A DNA stretch of 60,974 nt, filler included, from Nemertoderma westbladi (lineage: Eukaryota > Animalia > Xenacoelomorpha), in NCBI GenBank assembly GCA_032718475.1. It is 3 parts of 3 records of this genome, joined end to end, with 100 filler letters (N's around TTAATTAATTAA, not from the genome) between each part and the next. Parts side by side here need not be neighbours in the genome. Positions count along the whole stretch, not along the records: positions 19,632 to 47,942 come from JAUCBJ010004328.1; positions 48,043 to 60,974 come from JAUCBJ010002973.1; 1 more part is not named here. One strand, 5' to 3'. A program made the position numbers and the translations under genes. The notes beneath the pieces are model-generated. The model was not told the origin of the DNA, ran no database searches, and saw nothing but the letters and a program-made list of their open reading frames with translations. This document shows positions 36,822 through 51,341 of this stretch, piece by piece (position 1 is the stretch's first letter; each line of letters begins with the position of its first letter).

Positions 36822-38865
36822 TCACCCTGTCCCCCCCCCCCTCCCCCCCACTGGTGTTATGTTTGGTACTGGGGCTGATGTTAATATATTGGGGCCCATC
36901 CATCTATCTGCAATATCCCCCTCAACCGGGTTTATGTTATGTCCCTGTGTATTATAGTCATGCTGCCGTACCGATATAGGCCTACCCACTTCTTGCCTAC
37001 CTACTGGTATGTACTCCGCGACTTCCGGGTTTAATCCCGTCGTCCGCGCTACCCTATCGCCTATTCTATCTCTCCCAGCATGGCCTATAATAGTATGTGC
37101 AGTAAGGCCTACAGTATGTCCTGCAGTCTGCATGTGCCCTTCCGAACCAAAGTTTAATTCTCTCGAATCTCGAATCTCCCCGCGACTACCGTACTCTCGA
37201 TCGGCAGCTACATCCCGTCGGGAAGTTTCTCTTCGATCCCCTATCCTGCTCTCGTCTTTGTATCGGTACATCCTGTACCGCTCTCCTGGCGTGCGGTGCG
37301 TTTCTCCGGGGCGACGGCAATCTCCCGAAGTTCGACCCCACTCGCTACTAATCTCTCGTGGTGGGGCGCCCGTAGCCCCCCCCCCCCCCCCCCCCCACTC
37401 GCCACATCTTACTTCACTATCTCTTACTCCACTTCTACACCCCTCTCTAGTCGACGCACTGTCTCTACTGCGGTTGGGTCTATTCACCCCCGCCTCTCTC
37501 TCTACTACTGCGTGGCCTACCAGGCCCACCTCGGGTTGACTCAACCCCACCACTCCCTGCCTACTAACTACGTTGCCTTGCAGGCTACCGTTGGCCGGAC
37601 CATCTGTGTCTACATTAGTATTAATAACGCCGTTATCAATATTATTATTTAGGTTATTTAAATTATAATTATTATTATTTTCTAAATTTAAATTATTATT
37701 CGAATTATTTGGATTATTCTGAATATTTGAATTAATATTATTATTTGAATTTAAATTTAAATTACCGGGTAAAATATTTCCTGTAATAAAGGGATTAGGG
37801 TTATTTACTACGGTACTATTAATATTAACATTTTCTAGCCTACAGTCATTACCCCCCCCCCCCCCCCCCCCCGCCCGTATGGTCACACCAGTCTTGGGTC
37901 TGTCGTCCGGTCCCTGAAAGTGGGGTATTAACAAACGTTCCTCTCTCTCCATCCTCTCGCAAACCTTGCTCGGCCAACTCTGTCTCCCTCACAACCCTCT
38001 CAAGTCGTCTCGCCTTGCGCTCTCTTCGCTCACTCGCCCTTCTTGCCTCGCGCTCTTCACGCTGACACGCCAGATTTATCTCCCGCACCCTTCTTTCTTT
38101 TGCGGAGGATGTAGCAGACTTAGCGGTTGCAATGGACTCCCGTCGCCCCTCCATCCTACTAACTTTCCCCCGCTCTCCGGGGTTTCCTCCGACCGACGAG
38201 ACCGAATCCTCGGAGTTAACCTCGGATTCGCCCTCGTGCGGTCCCGCCCAACCCACTAACTTAACTCCCCTGGCATCAACTAAGTATGGCCCTATGTACA
38301 CTACACTAGGCTCCATACCCCTACATTCCCATAGCTCGAACAGTTCGCTGGCAACCCCTCTCGCTCTCTCATTGGCTAGTTCTCCCTGTCCAAAACGCAC
38401 TAGGAAATAAAAATGTCTGTTCGACTCACCTAGCCGCTTTCCTAACTTCACCTGGTCTATCTTGGCCCCTCCTCTAGCTTCTCTCAGTTGCTCCCGGGTC
38501 GCGGCGTAGGCTCGTCGGAGCCGGTCTCTGACCCCGACATCCTCGTCGCCGACATCTCCTCTCTCCCTCTGGGTCCGGCGTCGTACCGGCGGCCCCACCG
38601 TCGCCGTTCTGGTGGGCCGTCTGTCGCCCTCGGCCTGTGGCTGGCCGGCGACATCAGCACGTCGACCGCCGTCGTGTGTCGACTCGTCTTTCTCCCCTCT
38701 CGACTCGCCCTCTCGTTGTAGACGGCCCCCCTCCTCTTGGATTGTCGGATCGCGGGTGGTCGGCGTATCCGGCGTCGTGGGTCTGCACCGTCTCGTCGCG
38801 GCCTCGCGGATCGTTAGATCACCATCCGGGGTCCGCGGCGGTGTCGTCTCCCTTTCTTGACTCAT
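36822..38865 (-). CDS. Putative gag-like low-complexity ORF of the LTR element (two frames, probably joined at the homopolymer ~37852-37872)
   Basis: ATG 54 bp downstream of the 5' LTR; R/E-rich coiled-coil-like region, then an Asn-rich segment. No recognisable capsid or zinc-knuckle motif. Confidence 0.5.
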
Positions 38866-38918
38866 CTTCGCCTCGTGTAGCTAGCAGTCACAGTTCGGCA
38901 GCCCTAAGAGTTTAAGAC

Positions 38919-39474
38919 TGTGACGGGATCCGAGAGGATCCCGGTTTACCCGGTGTTGTTTATGTACGCGTCCCCGCCGTGTGAGTGAAAAGGAGTTCGT
39001 TGTTCTTCCAATGTCATTGATAATATAAAGTGTATGTATAATATAGATATAATGGCAGATAGCACAGTTGAGATAACTACCGGTATGTGTGATAACTGAA
39101 TGATATGTGATGGGTGACGGCGGTGATGGTCTTAAACGTCACCGTACTGCCGTGGCTGTACTGAGATAACTGGGTAAATGAGAAAGCACCAACCGGTAAT
39201 ATACTGCTCTAGGTTTGGCCGTGTTACTCAGCTGATGCCTGCCCCCCATTGGGTAGTAACCTACTTCACACCTTCTACTCTGTGGGAGAGTTTTCCCCCC
39301 GCTGCTGTTACTCTCTCTCCTTGACCTCTAACCTCTATTGTGTGAGGCCCTTTGGGGTTTGTCGCCCCGCTTATTGGGGTGATACAAGGTTGATTGGTAA
39401 TCAACCTTGTACTCCCAATATTGCCTAATACCAACTTTGTGTGGGCCTGGTTAGCGGAATTGAATACGCTAACA
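38919..39474 (-). repeat. 5' LTR (556 bp)
   Basis: Differs from the left LTR by a few substitutions/indels and poly-C length. Confidence 0.95.
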
Positions 39475-39759
39475 CTTCCGATGTCAGTTTTTACGTTTTA
39501 TGGATTCAAGAATGTTTGTATGTTTGTCGAACTGTCGGTCTGTATGTTTGTCTGTCAAAAAAATAAGGAAGAATACTACCCGGCTAAAATTTTCTTTATG
39601 GGAGTATTTGTGGGTTGTGATTTCATTTCCGATGTCAGATTTTATGTTTTATGGATTTAAGACGGTTTGTGTGTCTGTCAGACTGTCGGACAGACGACAG
39701 ACCGACATACAGACAGATACACATTCTGTCTAGATCACTTCGAGCAAGAAAACTGAAAT

Positions 39760-40680
<921 letters not shown>

Positions 40681-40816
40681 AGTCAGGCATTAAAATGCGC
40701 TTCTTATGCAATACATAACTAAATTTTTTTTTTCTCGGAATTGTCTGGTTTCTACATGCACTGACACAAATACTAATTATAATTAGTCAATATATTATAT
40801 TTCCCAAACCTCCCAC

Positions 40817-43800
40817 CACTGCTGTTACTAAAGAGTTCTGTTAGTAAACCTACAATAGCGTGTTCCCCTCCACTGCTGTTCCTAAAGAGTTATGTTAGTA
40901 AACCTACAACAACGTGAGCTCCTCACCTGCTGTTCCTAAAGAGTTATGTTAGTAAACCTACAACAACGTGAGGTCCTCCTTCACTGCTGTTCCTAAAGAG
41001 TTCTGTTAGTAAACCTACCACAACGTGAGCTCCAACTGCTGTTCCTAAAGAGTTCTGTTAGTAAACCTACAATAGCGTGTTCCCCTCCACTGCTGTTCCT
41101 AAAGAGTTATGTTAGTAAACCTACAACAACGTGAGGTCCTCCTTCACTGCTGTTCCTAAAGAGTTCTGTTAGTAAACCTACCACAACGTGAGCTCCTCAC
41201 CTGCTGTTCCTAAAGAGTTCTGTTAGTAAACCTACAACAACGTGAGGTCCTCCTTCACTGCTGTTCCTAAAGAGTTCTGTTAGTAAACCTACCACAACGT
41301 GAGCTCCAACTGCTGTTCCTAAAGAGTTCTGTTAGTAAACCTACCACAACGTGAGCTCCAACTGCTGTTCCTAAAGAGTTCTGTTAGTAAACCTACAATA
41401 GCCTGTTCTCCTCCACTGCTGTTCCTAAAGAGTTCTGTTAGTAAACCTACCACAACGTGAGCTCCAACTGCTGTTCCTAAAGAGTTCTGTTAGTAAACCT
41501 ACAATAGCCTGTTCTCCTCCACTGCTGTTCCTAAAGAGTTCCGTTAGTAAACCTACAACAACGTGAGGTCCTCCTTCACTGCTGTTCCTAAAGAGTTCCG
41601 TTAGTAAACCTACCACAACGTGAGCTCCTCCACTGATGTTCCTAATGAGTTCCGTTAGTAACCTACCACAACGTGAGCTCCTCCACTGCTGTTCCTAAAG
41701 AGTTCCGTTAGTAAACCTACCACAACGTGAGCTCCAACTGCTGTTCCTAAAGAGTTCTGTTAGTAAACCTACAATAGCCTGTTCTCCTCCACTGCTGTTC
41801 CTAAAGAGTTATGTTAGTAAACCTACAACAACGTGAGGTCCTACTTCACTGCTGTTCCTAAAGAGTTCTGTTAGTAAACCTACCACAACGTGAGCTCCAA
41901 CTGCTGTTCCTAAAGAGTTATGTTAGTAAACCTACAATAGCGTGTTCTGCTCCACTGCTGTTCCTAAAGAGTTATATTAGTAAACCTACCACAACGTGAG
42001 CTCCAACTGCTGTTCCTAAAGAGTTCTGTTAGTAAACCTACCACAACATGAGCTCCAACTGCTGTTCCTAAAGAGTTCTGTTAGTAAACCTACAATAGCG
42101 TGTTCTGCTCCACTGCTGTTCCTAAAGAGTTATATTAGTAAACCTACCACAACGTGAGCTCCAACTGCTGTTCCTAAAGAGTTCTGTTAGTAAACCTACC
42201 ACAACATGAGCTCCAATTGCTGTTCCTAAAGAGTTCTGTTAGTAAACCTACAATAGCGTGTTCTGCTCCACTGCTGTTCCTAAAGAGTTATATTAGTAAA
42301 CCTACAACAAAGTGAGGTCCTCCTTCACTGCTGTTCCTAAAGAGTTCTGTTAGTAAACCTAACACAACGTGAGCTCCAACTGCTGTTCCTAAAGAGTTAT
42401 ATTAGTAAACCTACCACAACGTGAGCTCGTCTACTGCTGTTCTTAAAGAGTTCCGTTAGTAAACCTACCACAACGTGAGCTCATCAACTGCTGTTCCTTA
42501 AGAGTTCCGTTAGTAAACCTACCACAACGTGAGCTCCTCCACTGATGTTCCTAAAGAGTTCCGTTAGTAACCTACCACAACGTGAGCTCCTCCACTGCTG
42601 TTCCTAAAGAGTTGCGTTAGTAAACCTACCACAACGTGAGCTCCAACTGCTGTTCCTAAAGAGTTCTGTTAGTAAACCTACAATAGCGTGTTCTCCTCCA
42701 CTGCTGTTCCTAAAGAGTTATGTTAGTAAACCTACAACAACGTGAGGTCCTCCACTGCTGTTCCTAAAGAGTTCCGTTAGTAAACCTACCACAACGTGAG
42801 CTCCTCCACTGCTGTTCCTAAAGAGTTCCGTTAGTAAACCTACCACAACGTGAGCTCCAACTGCTGTTCCTAAAGAGTTCTGTTAGTAAACCTACAATAG
42901 CGTGTTCTCCTCCACTGCTGTTCCTAAAGAGTTATGTTAGTAAACCTACCACAACGTGAGCTCCCCAACTGCTGTTCCTAAAGAGTTCTGTTAGTAAACC
43001 TACCACAACGTGAGCTCCAACTGCTGTTCCTAAAGAGTTATATTAGTAAACCTACCACAACATGAGCTCCAACTGCTGTTCCTGAAGAGTTCTGTTAGTA
43101 AACCTACAACAACGTGAGGTCCTCCTTCACTGCTGTTCCTAAAGAGTTTTGTTAGTAAACCTACCACAACGTGAGCTCCAACTGCTGTTCCTAAAGAGTT
43201 ATATTAGTAAACCTACCACAACGTGAGCTCGTCTACTGCTGTTCTTAAAGAGTTCCGTTAGTAAACCTACCACAACGTGAGCTCCAACTGCTGTTCCTAA
43301 AGAGTTCTGTTAGTAAACCTACAATAGCGTGTTCTCCTCCACTGCTGTTCCTAAAGAGTTATGTTAGTAAACCTACCACAACGTGAGCTCCAACTGCTGT
43401 TCCTAAAGAGTTATATTAGTAAACCTACCACAACATGAGCTCCAACTGCTGTTCCTAAAGAGTTCTGTTAGTAAACCTACAACAACGTGAGGTCATCCTT
43501 CACTGCTGTTCCTAAAGAGTTCTGTTAGTAAACCTACCACAACGTGAGCTCCAACTGCTGTTCCTAAAGAGTTATATTAGTAAACCTACCACAATGTGAG
43601 CTCCAACTGCTGTTCCTAAAGAGTTATATTAGTAAACCTACCACAACGTGAGCTCCAACTGCTGTTCCTAAAGAGTTCTGTTAGTAAACCTACAACAACG
43701 TGAGGTCCTCCTTCACTGCTGTTCCTAAAGAGTTCTGTTAGTAAACCTACCACAACGTGAGCTCCAACTGCTGTTCCTAAAGAGTTATATTAGTAAACCT

Positions 43801-46800
43801 ACCACAACATGAGCTCCAACTGCTGTTCCTAAAGAGTTCTGTTAGTAAACCTACAATAGCCTGTTCTCCTCCACTGCTGTTCCTAAAGAGTTATGTTAGT
43901 AAACCTACAACAACGTGAGGTCCTACTTCACTGCTGTTCCTAAAGAGTTCTGTTAGTAAACCTACCACAACGTGAGCTCCAACTGCTGTTCCTAAAGAGT
44001 TATGTTAGTAAACCTACAATAGCGTGTTCTGCTCCACTGCTGTTCCTAAAGAGTTATATTAGTAAACCTACCACAACGTGAGCTCCAACTGCTGTTCCTA
44101 AAGAGTTCTGTTAGTAAACCTACCACAACATGAGCTCCAACTGCTGTTCCTAAAGAGTTCTGTTAGTAAACCTACAATAGCGTGTTCTGCTCCACTGCTG
44201 TTCCTAAAGAGTTATATTAGTAAACCTACCACAACGTGAGCTCCAACTGCTGTTCCTAAAGAGTTCTGTTAGTAAACCTACCACAACATGAGCTCCAATT
44301 GCTGTTCCTAAAGAGTTCTGTTAGTAAACCTACAATAGCGTGTTCTGCTCCACTGCTGTTCCTAAAGAGTTATATTAGTAAACCTACAACAAAGTGAGGT
44401 CCTCCTTCACTGCTGTTCCTAAAGAGTTCTGTTAGTAAACCTACCACAACGTGAGCTCCAACTGCTGTTCCTAAAGAGTTATATTAGTAAACCTACCACA
44501 ACGTGAGCTCGTCTACTGCTGTTCTTAAAGAGTTCCGTTAGTAAACCTACCACAACGTGAGCTCATCAACTGCTGTTCCTTAAGAGTTCCGTTAGTAAAC
44601 CTACCACAACGTGAGCTCCTCCACTGATGTTCCTAAAGAGTTCCGTTAGTAACCTACCACAACGTGAGCTCCTCCACTGCTGTTCCTAAAGAGTTGCGTT
44701 AGTAAACCTACCACAACGTGAGCTCCAACTGCTGTTCCTAAAGAGTTCTGTTAGTAAACCTACAATAGCGTGTTCTCCTCCACTGCTGTTCCTAAAGAGT
44801 TATGTTAGTAAACCTACAACAACGTGAGGTCCTCCACTGCTGTTCCTAAAGAGTTCCGTTAGTAAACCTACCACAACGTGAGCTCCTCCACTGCTGTTCC
44901 TAAAGAGTTCCGTTAGTAAACCTACCACAACGTGAGCTCCAACTGCTGTTCCTAAAGAGTTCTGTTAGTAAACCTACAATAGCGTGTTCTCCTCCACTGC
45001 TGTTCCTAAAGAGTTATGTTAGTAAACCTACCACAACGTGAGCTCCCCAACTGCTGTTCCTAAAGAGTTCTGTTAGTAAACCTACCACAACGTGAGCTCC
45101 AACTGCTGTTCCTAAAGAGTTATATTAGTAAACCTACCACAACGTGAGCTCGTCTACTGCTGTTCTTAAAGAGTTCCGTTAGTAAACCTACCACAACGTG
45201 AGCTCCAACTGCTGTTCCTAAAGAGTTCTGTTAGTAAACCTACAATAGCGTGTTCTCCTCCACTGCTGTTCCTAAAGAGTTCTGTTAGTAAACCTACCAC
45301 AACGTGAGCTCCAACTGCTGTTCCTAAAGAGTTATATTAGTAAACCTACCACAACATGAGCTCCAACTGCTGTTCCTAAAGAGTTCTGTTAGTAAACCTA
45401 CAACAACGTGAAGTCATCCTTCACTGCTGTTCCTAAAGAGTTCTGTTAGTAAACCTACCACAACGTGAGCTCCAACTGCTGTTCCTAAAGAGTTATATTA
45501 GTAAACCTACCACAATGTGAGCTCCAACTGCTGTTCCTAAAGAGTTATATTAGTAGACCTACCACAACGTGAGCTCCAACTGCTGTTCCTAAAGAGTTCT
45601 GTTAGTAAACCTACAACAACGTGAGGTCCTCCTTCACTGCTGTTCCTAAAGAGTTCTGTTAGTAAACCTACCACAACGTGAGCTCCAACTGCTGTTCCTA
45701 AAGAGTTATATTAGTAAACCTACCACAACATGAGCTCCAACTGCTGTTCCTAAAGAGTTCTGTTAGTAAACCTACAACAACGTGAGGTCCTCCTTCACTG
45801 CTGTTCCTAAAGAGTTCTGTTAGTAAACCTACCACAACGTGAGCTCCAACTGCTGTTCCTAAAGAGTTATATTAGTAAACCTACCACAATGTGAGCTCCA
45901 ACTGCTGTTCCTAAAGAGTTATATTAGTAAACTTACCACAACGTGAGCTCCAACTGCTGTTCCTAAAGAGTTCTGTTAGTAAACCTACAATAGCGTGTTC
46001 CCCTCCACTGCTGTTCCTAAAGAGTTATGTTAGTAAACCTACAACAACGTGAGGTCCTCCTTCACTGCTGTTCCTAAAGAGTTCTGTTAGTAAACCTACC
46101 ACAACGTGAGCTCCAACTGCTGTTCCTAAAGAGTTCTGTTAGTAAACCTACAATAGCCTGTTCTCCTCCACTGCTGTTCCTAAAGAGTTATGTTAGTAAA
46201 CCTACAACAACGTGAGGTCCTCCTTCACTTCTGTTCCTAAAGAGTTCTGTTAGTAAACCTACCACAACGTGAGCTCCTCCACTGATGTTCCTAAAGAGTT
46301 CTGTTAGTAAACCTACCACAACGTGAGCTCATCCACTGCTGTTCCTAAAGAGTTATGTTAGTAAACCTACAACAACGTGAGGTCCTCCTTCACTGCTGTT
46401 CCTAAAGAGTTCTGTTAGTAAACCTACCACAACGTGAGCTCCAACTGCTGTTCCTAAAGAGTTATATTAGTAAACCTACCACAACGTGAGCTCGTCTACT
46501 GCTGTTCTTAAAGAGTTCCGTTAGTAAACCTACCACAACGTGAGCTCATCAACTGCTGTTCCTTAAGAGTTCTGTTAGTAAATCTACCACAACGTGAGCT
46601 CCTCCACTGCTGTTCCTAAAGAGTTATGTTAGTAAACCTACAACAAAGTGAGGTCCTCCTTCACTGCTGTTCCTAAAGAGTTCTGTTAGTAAACCTACCA
46701 CAACGTGAGCTCCTCCACTGCTGTTCCTAAAGAGTTATGTTAGTAAACCTACAACAAAGTGAGGTCCTCCTTCACTGCTGTTCCTAAAGAGTTCTGTTAG

Positions 46801-47942
46801 TAAACCTACCACAACGTGAGCTCCAACTGCTGTTCCTAAAGAGTTATGTTAGTAAACCTACAACAAAGTGAGGTCCTCCTTCACTGCTGTTCCTAAAGAG
46901 TTCTGTTAGTAAACCTACCACAACGTGAGCTCCAACTGCTGTTCCTAAAGAGTTATATTAGTAAACCTACCACAACGTGAGCTCGTCTACTGCTGTTCTT
47001 AAAGAGTTCCGTTAGTAAACCTACCACAACGTGAGCTCATCAACTGCTGTTCCTTAAGAGTTCTGTTAGTAAATCTACCACAACGTGAGCTCCTCCACTG
47101 CTGTTCCTAAAGAGTTCCGTTAGTAAACCTACCACAACGTGAGCTCCTCCACTGATGTTCCTAAAGAGTTCTGTTAGTAAACCTACCACAACGTGAGCTC
47201 CTCCACTGCTGTTCCTAAAGAGTTATGTTAGTAAACCTACAACAAAGTGAGGTCCTCCTTCACTGCTGTTCCTAAAGGGTTCTGTTAGTAAACCTACCAC
47301 AACGTGAGCTCCAACTGCTGTTCCTAAAGAGTTATATTAGTAAACCTACCACAACGTGAGCTCGTCTACTGCTGTTCTTAAAGCGTTCCGTTAGTAAACC
47401 TACCACAACGTGAGCTCCTACTGCTGTTCCTTAAGAGTTCCGTTAGTAAACCTACAACAACGTGAGGTCCTCCTTCACTGCTGTTCCTAAAGAGTTATGT
47501 TAGTAAACCTACAACAACGTGAGGTCCTCCTTCACTGCTGTTCCTAAAGAGTTATGTTAGTAAACCTACAACAACATGAGCTCCTACTGTTGTTCCTAAA
47601 GAATTCCGTTAGTAAACCTACAACAACGTGAGGTCCTCCTTCACTGCTGTTCCTAAAGAGTTATGTTAGTAAACCTACAACAACGTGAGGTCCTCCTTCA
47701 CTGCTGTTCCTAAAGAGTTATGTTAGTAAACCTACAACAACGTGAGGTCCTCCTTCACTGCTGTTCCTAAAGAGTTATGTTAGTAAACCTACAACAACAT
47801 GAGCTCCTACTGTTGTTCCTAAAGAATTCCGTTAGTAAACCTACAACAACGTGAGCTCCTACTGTTGTTCTTAAAGAGTTCCGTTAGTAAACCTACAACA
47901 ACGTGAGGTCCTCCTTCACTGCTGTTCCTAAAGAGTTCTGTT
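40817..47942. repeat. 52-56-bp satellite array, >7 kb, runs into a gap
   Basis: Core ACTGCTGTTCCTAAAGAGTT(C/A)(T/C)(G/A)TTAGTAAACCTAC plus a few recurring tails (CACAACGTGAGCTCCA, AACAACGTGAGGTCCTCCTTC, AATAGCGTGTTCTCCTCC). Confidence 0.97.
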
Positions 47943-48042
47943 NNNNNNNNNNNNNNNNNNNNNNNNNNNNNNNNNNNNNNNNNNNNTTAATTAATTAANN
48001 NNNNNNNNNNNNNNNNNNNNNNNNNNNNNNNNNNNNNNNNNN
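47943..48042. other. Assembly gap with synthetic TTAATTAATTAA linker
   Basis: Same structure as the first gap. Confidence 0.97.
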
Positions 48043-50164
48043 AATATTTATCTATATCTAACTTTAAATGCGCACGCACTTTCAGTTAAGATATTTAATA
48101 AATACTTCCTACTGTAAGGGTCCAGTAGTATACCGCTTACCAGATCCTAGTAACGATGTATCTTACTATGAGACTCTAGTAATGTATACGGGCTTGTACA
48201 GTATCTGACAACAAATCCCAGTCCAGGATATCTAAACAAACAGATATAGTACACAAACGACTACTGGCGAGGAACAGAGCCTTGTATCTATTCTATGTAC
48301 GTGAGCGGGTCTAATGCCTACGTACTAGACAGAAGGATACCTGTCCTCTAACCGGTGAGGCAGATGTACAGTTACAGTAACAGACCAAACTCACGGGAAA
48401 ACAATCCCCGCGCAGCGAATCCTAACTATCACTGACAGTCCTAAATACAGTAACTTGCCGCGGTGTGATTTATATGGTTTATATACGAGCTAGTGGGTTA
48501 ACAGACCTAGCGTAACAACACTGACAGTCCTAAATCAGTCGAAAAAGGGGTCGTGCCTAAATGTAACGATAACTGATCCCCCTGTACGAAATCAGTCTAA
48601 AGGGTCAAGCCTAAATGTAACAATACCGTTGTCCAGACAAACAACAGTTTAATAACGAAAGTGAAATACTCCTTATCTTGCCGCAACTAAATCAGATCCT
48701 AATTTTACAAATACAGATAATTTCCACCTAAAGTAATGTATAGTACGCTATAGCTAGTAGAACTTTAAGGGCGATATGTTTTAGGGCGTGTGTGTGTGGG
48801 TGTGTTACAAATAAAACAATTTCGTGTAATTCCTTTACTAGGTTTTAGTGATTTTCTGACTAAATGATACCGTGCGCTAGCTACTAAAATAAACTAGTCG
48901 CGTTTGTAGAACTTTATACTCACGAATGACGTCAAAGCTCTCTCCTTCCTATCCACAACCCAATGGGCAACCACAGTGTTAGTAACTACACCCGTGATCG
49001 GCACTAATACCAGATTCTGGTTGTAAGATAAGAATAGGGGTTAATCGCTACCGTACGTTAGCTGATCTGGTATACTAATTTAATTCTAGAACTTTGTTGC
49101 TGCGGTAGTTAGCAGCAATACCTATCAGTACGTGGCAAGGCGCGGTAGGATATTAATAAACCTCCCTAGGCCAAGCAGTGTGCCGGTAGCAGAAATACTC
49201 CTTGCCTGATCAAATAGCTAACTCCAGACAGGGGGGGGGGGGGGGGGGGTACTAATGTACGTTCTACAAAGCAAACCGGTACCAAACAGTCAGTGCTATG
49301 AATCACTAAATTATGGAACATATGCTGTCCGTACCTAATATGTACTCGCGTACTGACGAATGGCAATAGTTCGCACCTGTAGGAAGTACAGGTTAACCCA
49401 GGGGTTCGTAGGACTGACAAAAAAAGGGGGGGGGGGGGGTGTCTGGATATAATTATTTGATCCTAAATTTGCGGCGTCCAGTGCGGTGTCACGCTTACCC
49501 TGATCTATAGGTCTTACGGCGGGCAAGGGCGTCGAACAAAGTCTTACCTTCTCACAAAGCGGGCGCTGCATAGCAAGTGGAGTATTTCGAAGGGGCAAAG
49601 GGGGTGCGCGGTCGATCCAATGTGGGCGCTAGCGTGTTGTGGACATCCCTTCCCTGCGTTGCTTACGGCCTAACGATCTAGGCTGCCATCTCCCTGGTGT
49701 TCGGCTGTCCCGAAGTCGGACCAAAAGAAAACATGTCAGGAAATTGCAGTATATTTACAGTTTTACAAAGAATTATCAAACGAAGTTTCAACAAGAAACC
49801 GAATAAACTAATTTTAAAATAATATCAGGGTGGTTTACAAGGGAAGTGATAACCGAAGGCAAACCGGCCTTTTTATACTAGAAATTGCACATGGAAACTA
49901 AACAGAATTTTCCACAGCTTCACCATTGAGCAATGAAGTGCTTCGTGCTCTATGATTGGCCCAGCTCATCGTTCAACGCAGTCCAGCCCTTACACTAAAT
50001 CTGGGACATGGAATCCTAACAGAATTTTCCACTGCCTCACATTTGAGCAATAAGATAATTTATGCCCTATGATTGGCCTGGCTCATCATTCGCTACGCTG
50101 TACGCTTCTCATTGGCCTACCAATTAGCACCACACGAAAATAAATGGCCCCAAAATACAAATTT

Positions 50165-50222
50165 CCCGACTGGGATTCGAACTCGTAACCTACGACTTAA
50201 CCATCTGACCACTACGCCACGA
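50165..50222 (-). mobile_element. tRNA-derived SINE-like head
   Basis: Minus strand TGGCGTAGTGGT ... GAGTTCGAATCCC; anticodon arm shortened, no full cloverleaf. Confidence 0.5.
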
Positions 50223-50362
50223 GAGTACCTAAGGGTTTTATGTGTACAAATATGAATAGGCATATTACATTACTGTAACTTAATCAAAATACGTCGGATT
50301 TTCAAAAGTTTTTACGTTAAAGTTAAACTACAAATGCTACCTTATAGTGAAATAATTCATCA

Positions 50363-51220
50363 GTATTCCTATACCGCTTACCGTGTTGTTATGTATTCCC
50401 ATACTGCTTACCTACCGTGTTGTTATGTATTCCTATACTGCTTACCTACCGTGTTGTTATGTATTCCTATACTGCTTACCTACCGTGTTGTTATGTATTC
50501 CTATACTGCTTACCTACCGTGTTGTTATGTATTCCTATACTGCTTACCTACCATGTTGTTATGTATTCCTATACTGCTAACATCCTGTGTTGTTATGTAT
50601 TCCTATACTGCTTACCTACCGTGTTGTTATGTATTCCTATACTGCTTACCTACCGTGTTGTTATGTATTCCTATACTGCTTACCTACCGTGTTGTTATGT
50701 ATTCCTATACTGCTTACCTACCGTGTTGTTATGTATTCCTATACTGCTTACCTACCATGTTGTTATGTATTCCTATACTGCTAACATCCTGTGTTGTTAT
50801 GTATTCCTATACTGCTTACCTACCGTGTTGTTATGTATTCATATACTGCTTACCTACCGTGTTGTTATGTATTCCTATACTGCTTACCTACCGTGTTGTT
50901 ATGTATTCCTATACTGCTTACCTACCGTGTTGTTATGTATTCCTATACTGCTTACCTACCGTGTTGTTATGTATTCCTATACTGCTTAGCTACCATGTTG
51001 TTATGTATTCCTATACTGCTAACATCCTGTGTTGTTATGTATTCCTATACTGCTTACCTACCGTGTTGTTATGTATTCCAATACTGCTTACCTACCGTGT
51101 TGTTATGTATTCCTATACTGCTTACCTACCATGTTGTTATGTATTCCTATACTGCTAACATCCTGTGTTGTTATGTATTCCTATACTGCTTACCTACCGT
51201 GTTGTTATGTATTCCTATAC
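50363..51220. repeat. 34-bp minisatellite
   Basis: TATTCCTATACTGCTTACCTACCGTGTTGTTATG x ~25; the CTAACATCCT variant recurs. Confidence 0.96.
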
Positions 51221-51341
51221 TGGTGCTATTATGTTGCTTGCCTTGTTGCTATTACCAAATCAATTATTGAACTTTCTGACATTTTGATATAAACTTATTG
51301 TTTTCATTATTTATCTGGAAAGGGGTATTTGGGCTGGAACA

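Larger units (their letters stand above)
30440..39474 (-). mobile_element. LTR retroelement, non-autonomous (gag-like only), recent
   Basis: Near-identical TG...CA LTRs, 5-bp TSD CTTCC (30435-30439, 39475-39479), minus-strand polypurine tract (plus-strand CTCCCCCCC at 31008) abutting the left LTR. No LTR-type RT, RNase H or integrase ORF visible. Confidence 0.92.

Noticed and set aside
40817-47942. CRISPR-like repeat-spacer pattern
   Set aside because: Variable parts are a few related, reiterated variants, not unique spacers.
50334-51292. Cys/Tyr-rich ORFs
   Set aside because: 34-bp minisatellite translation.
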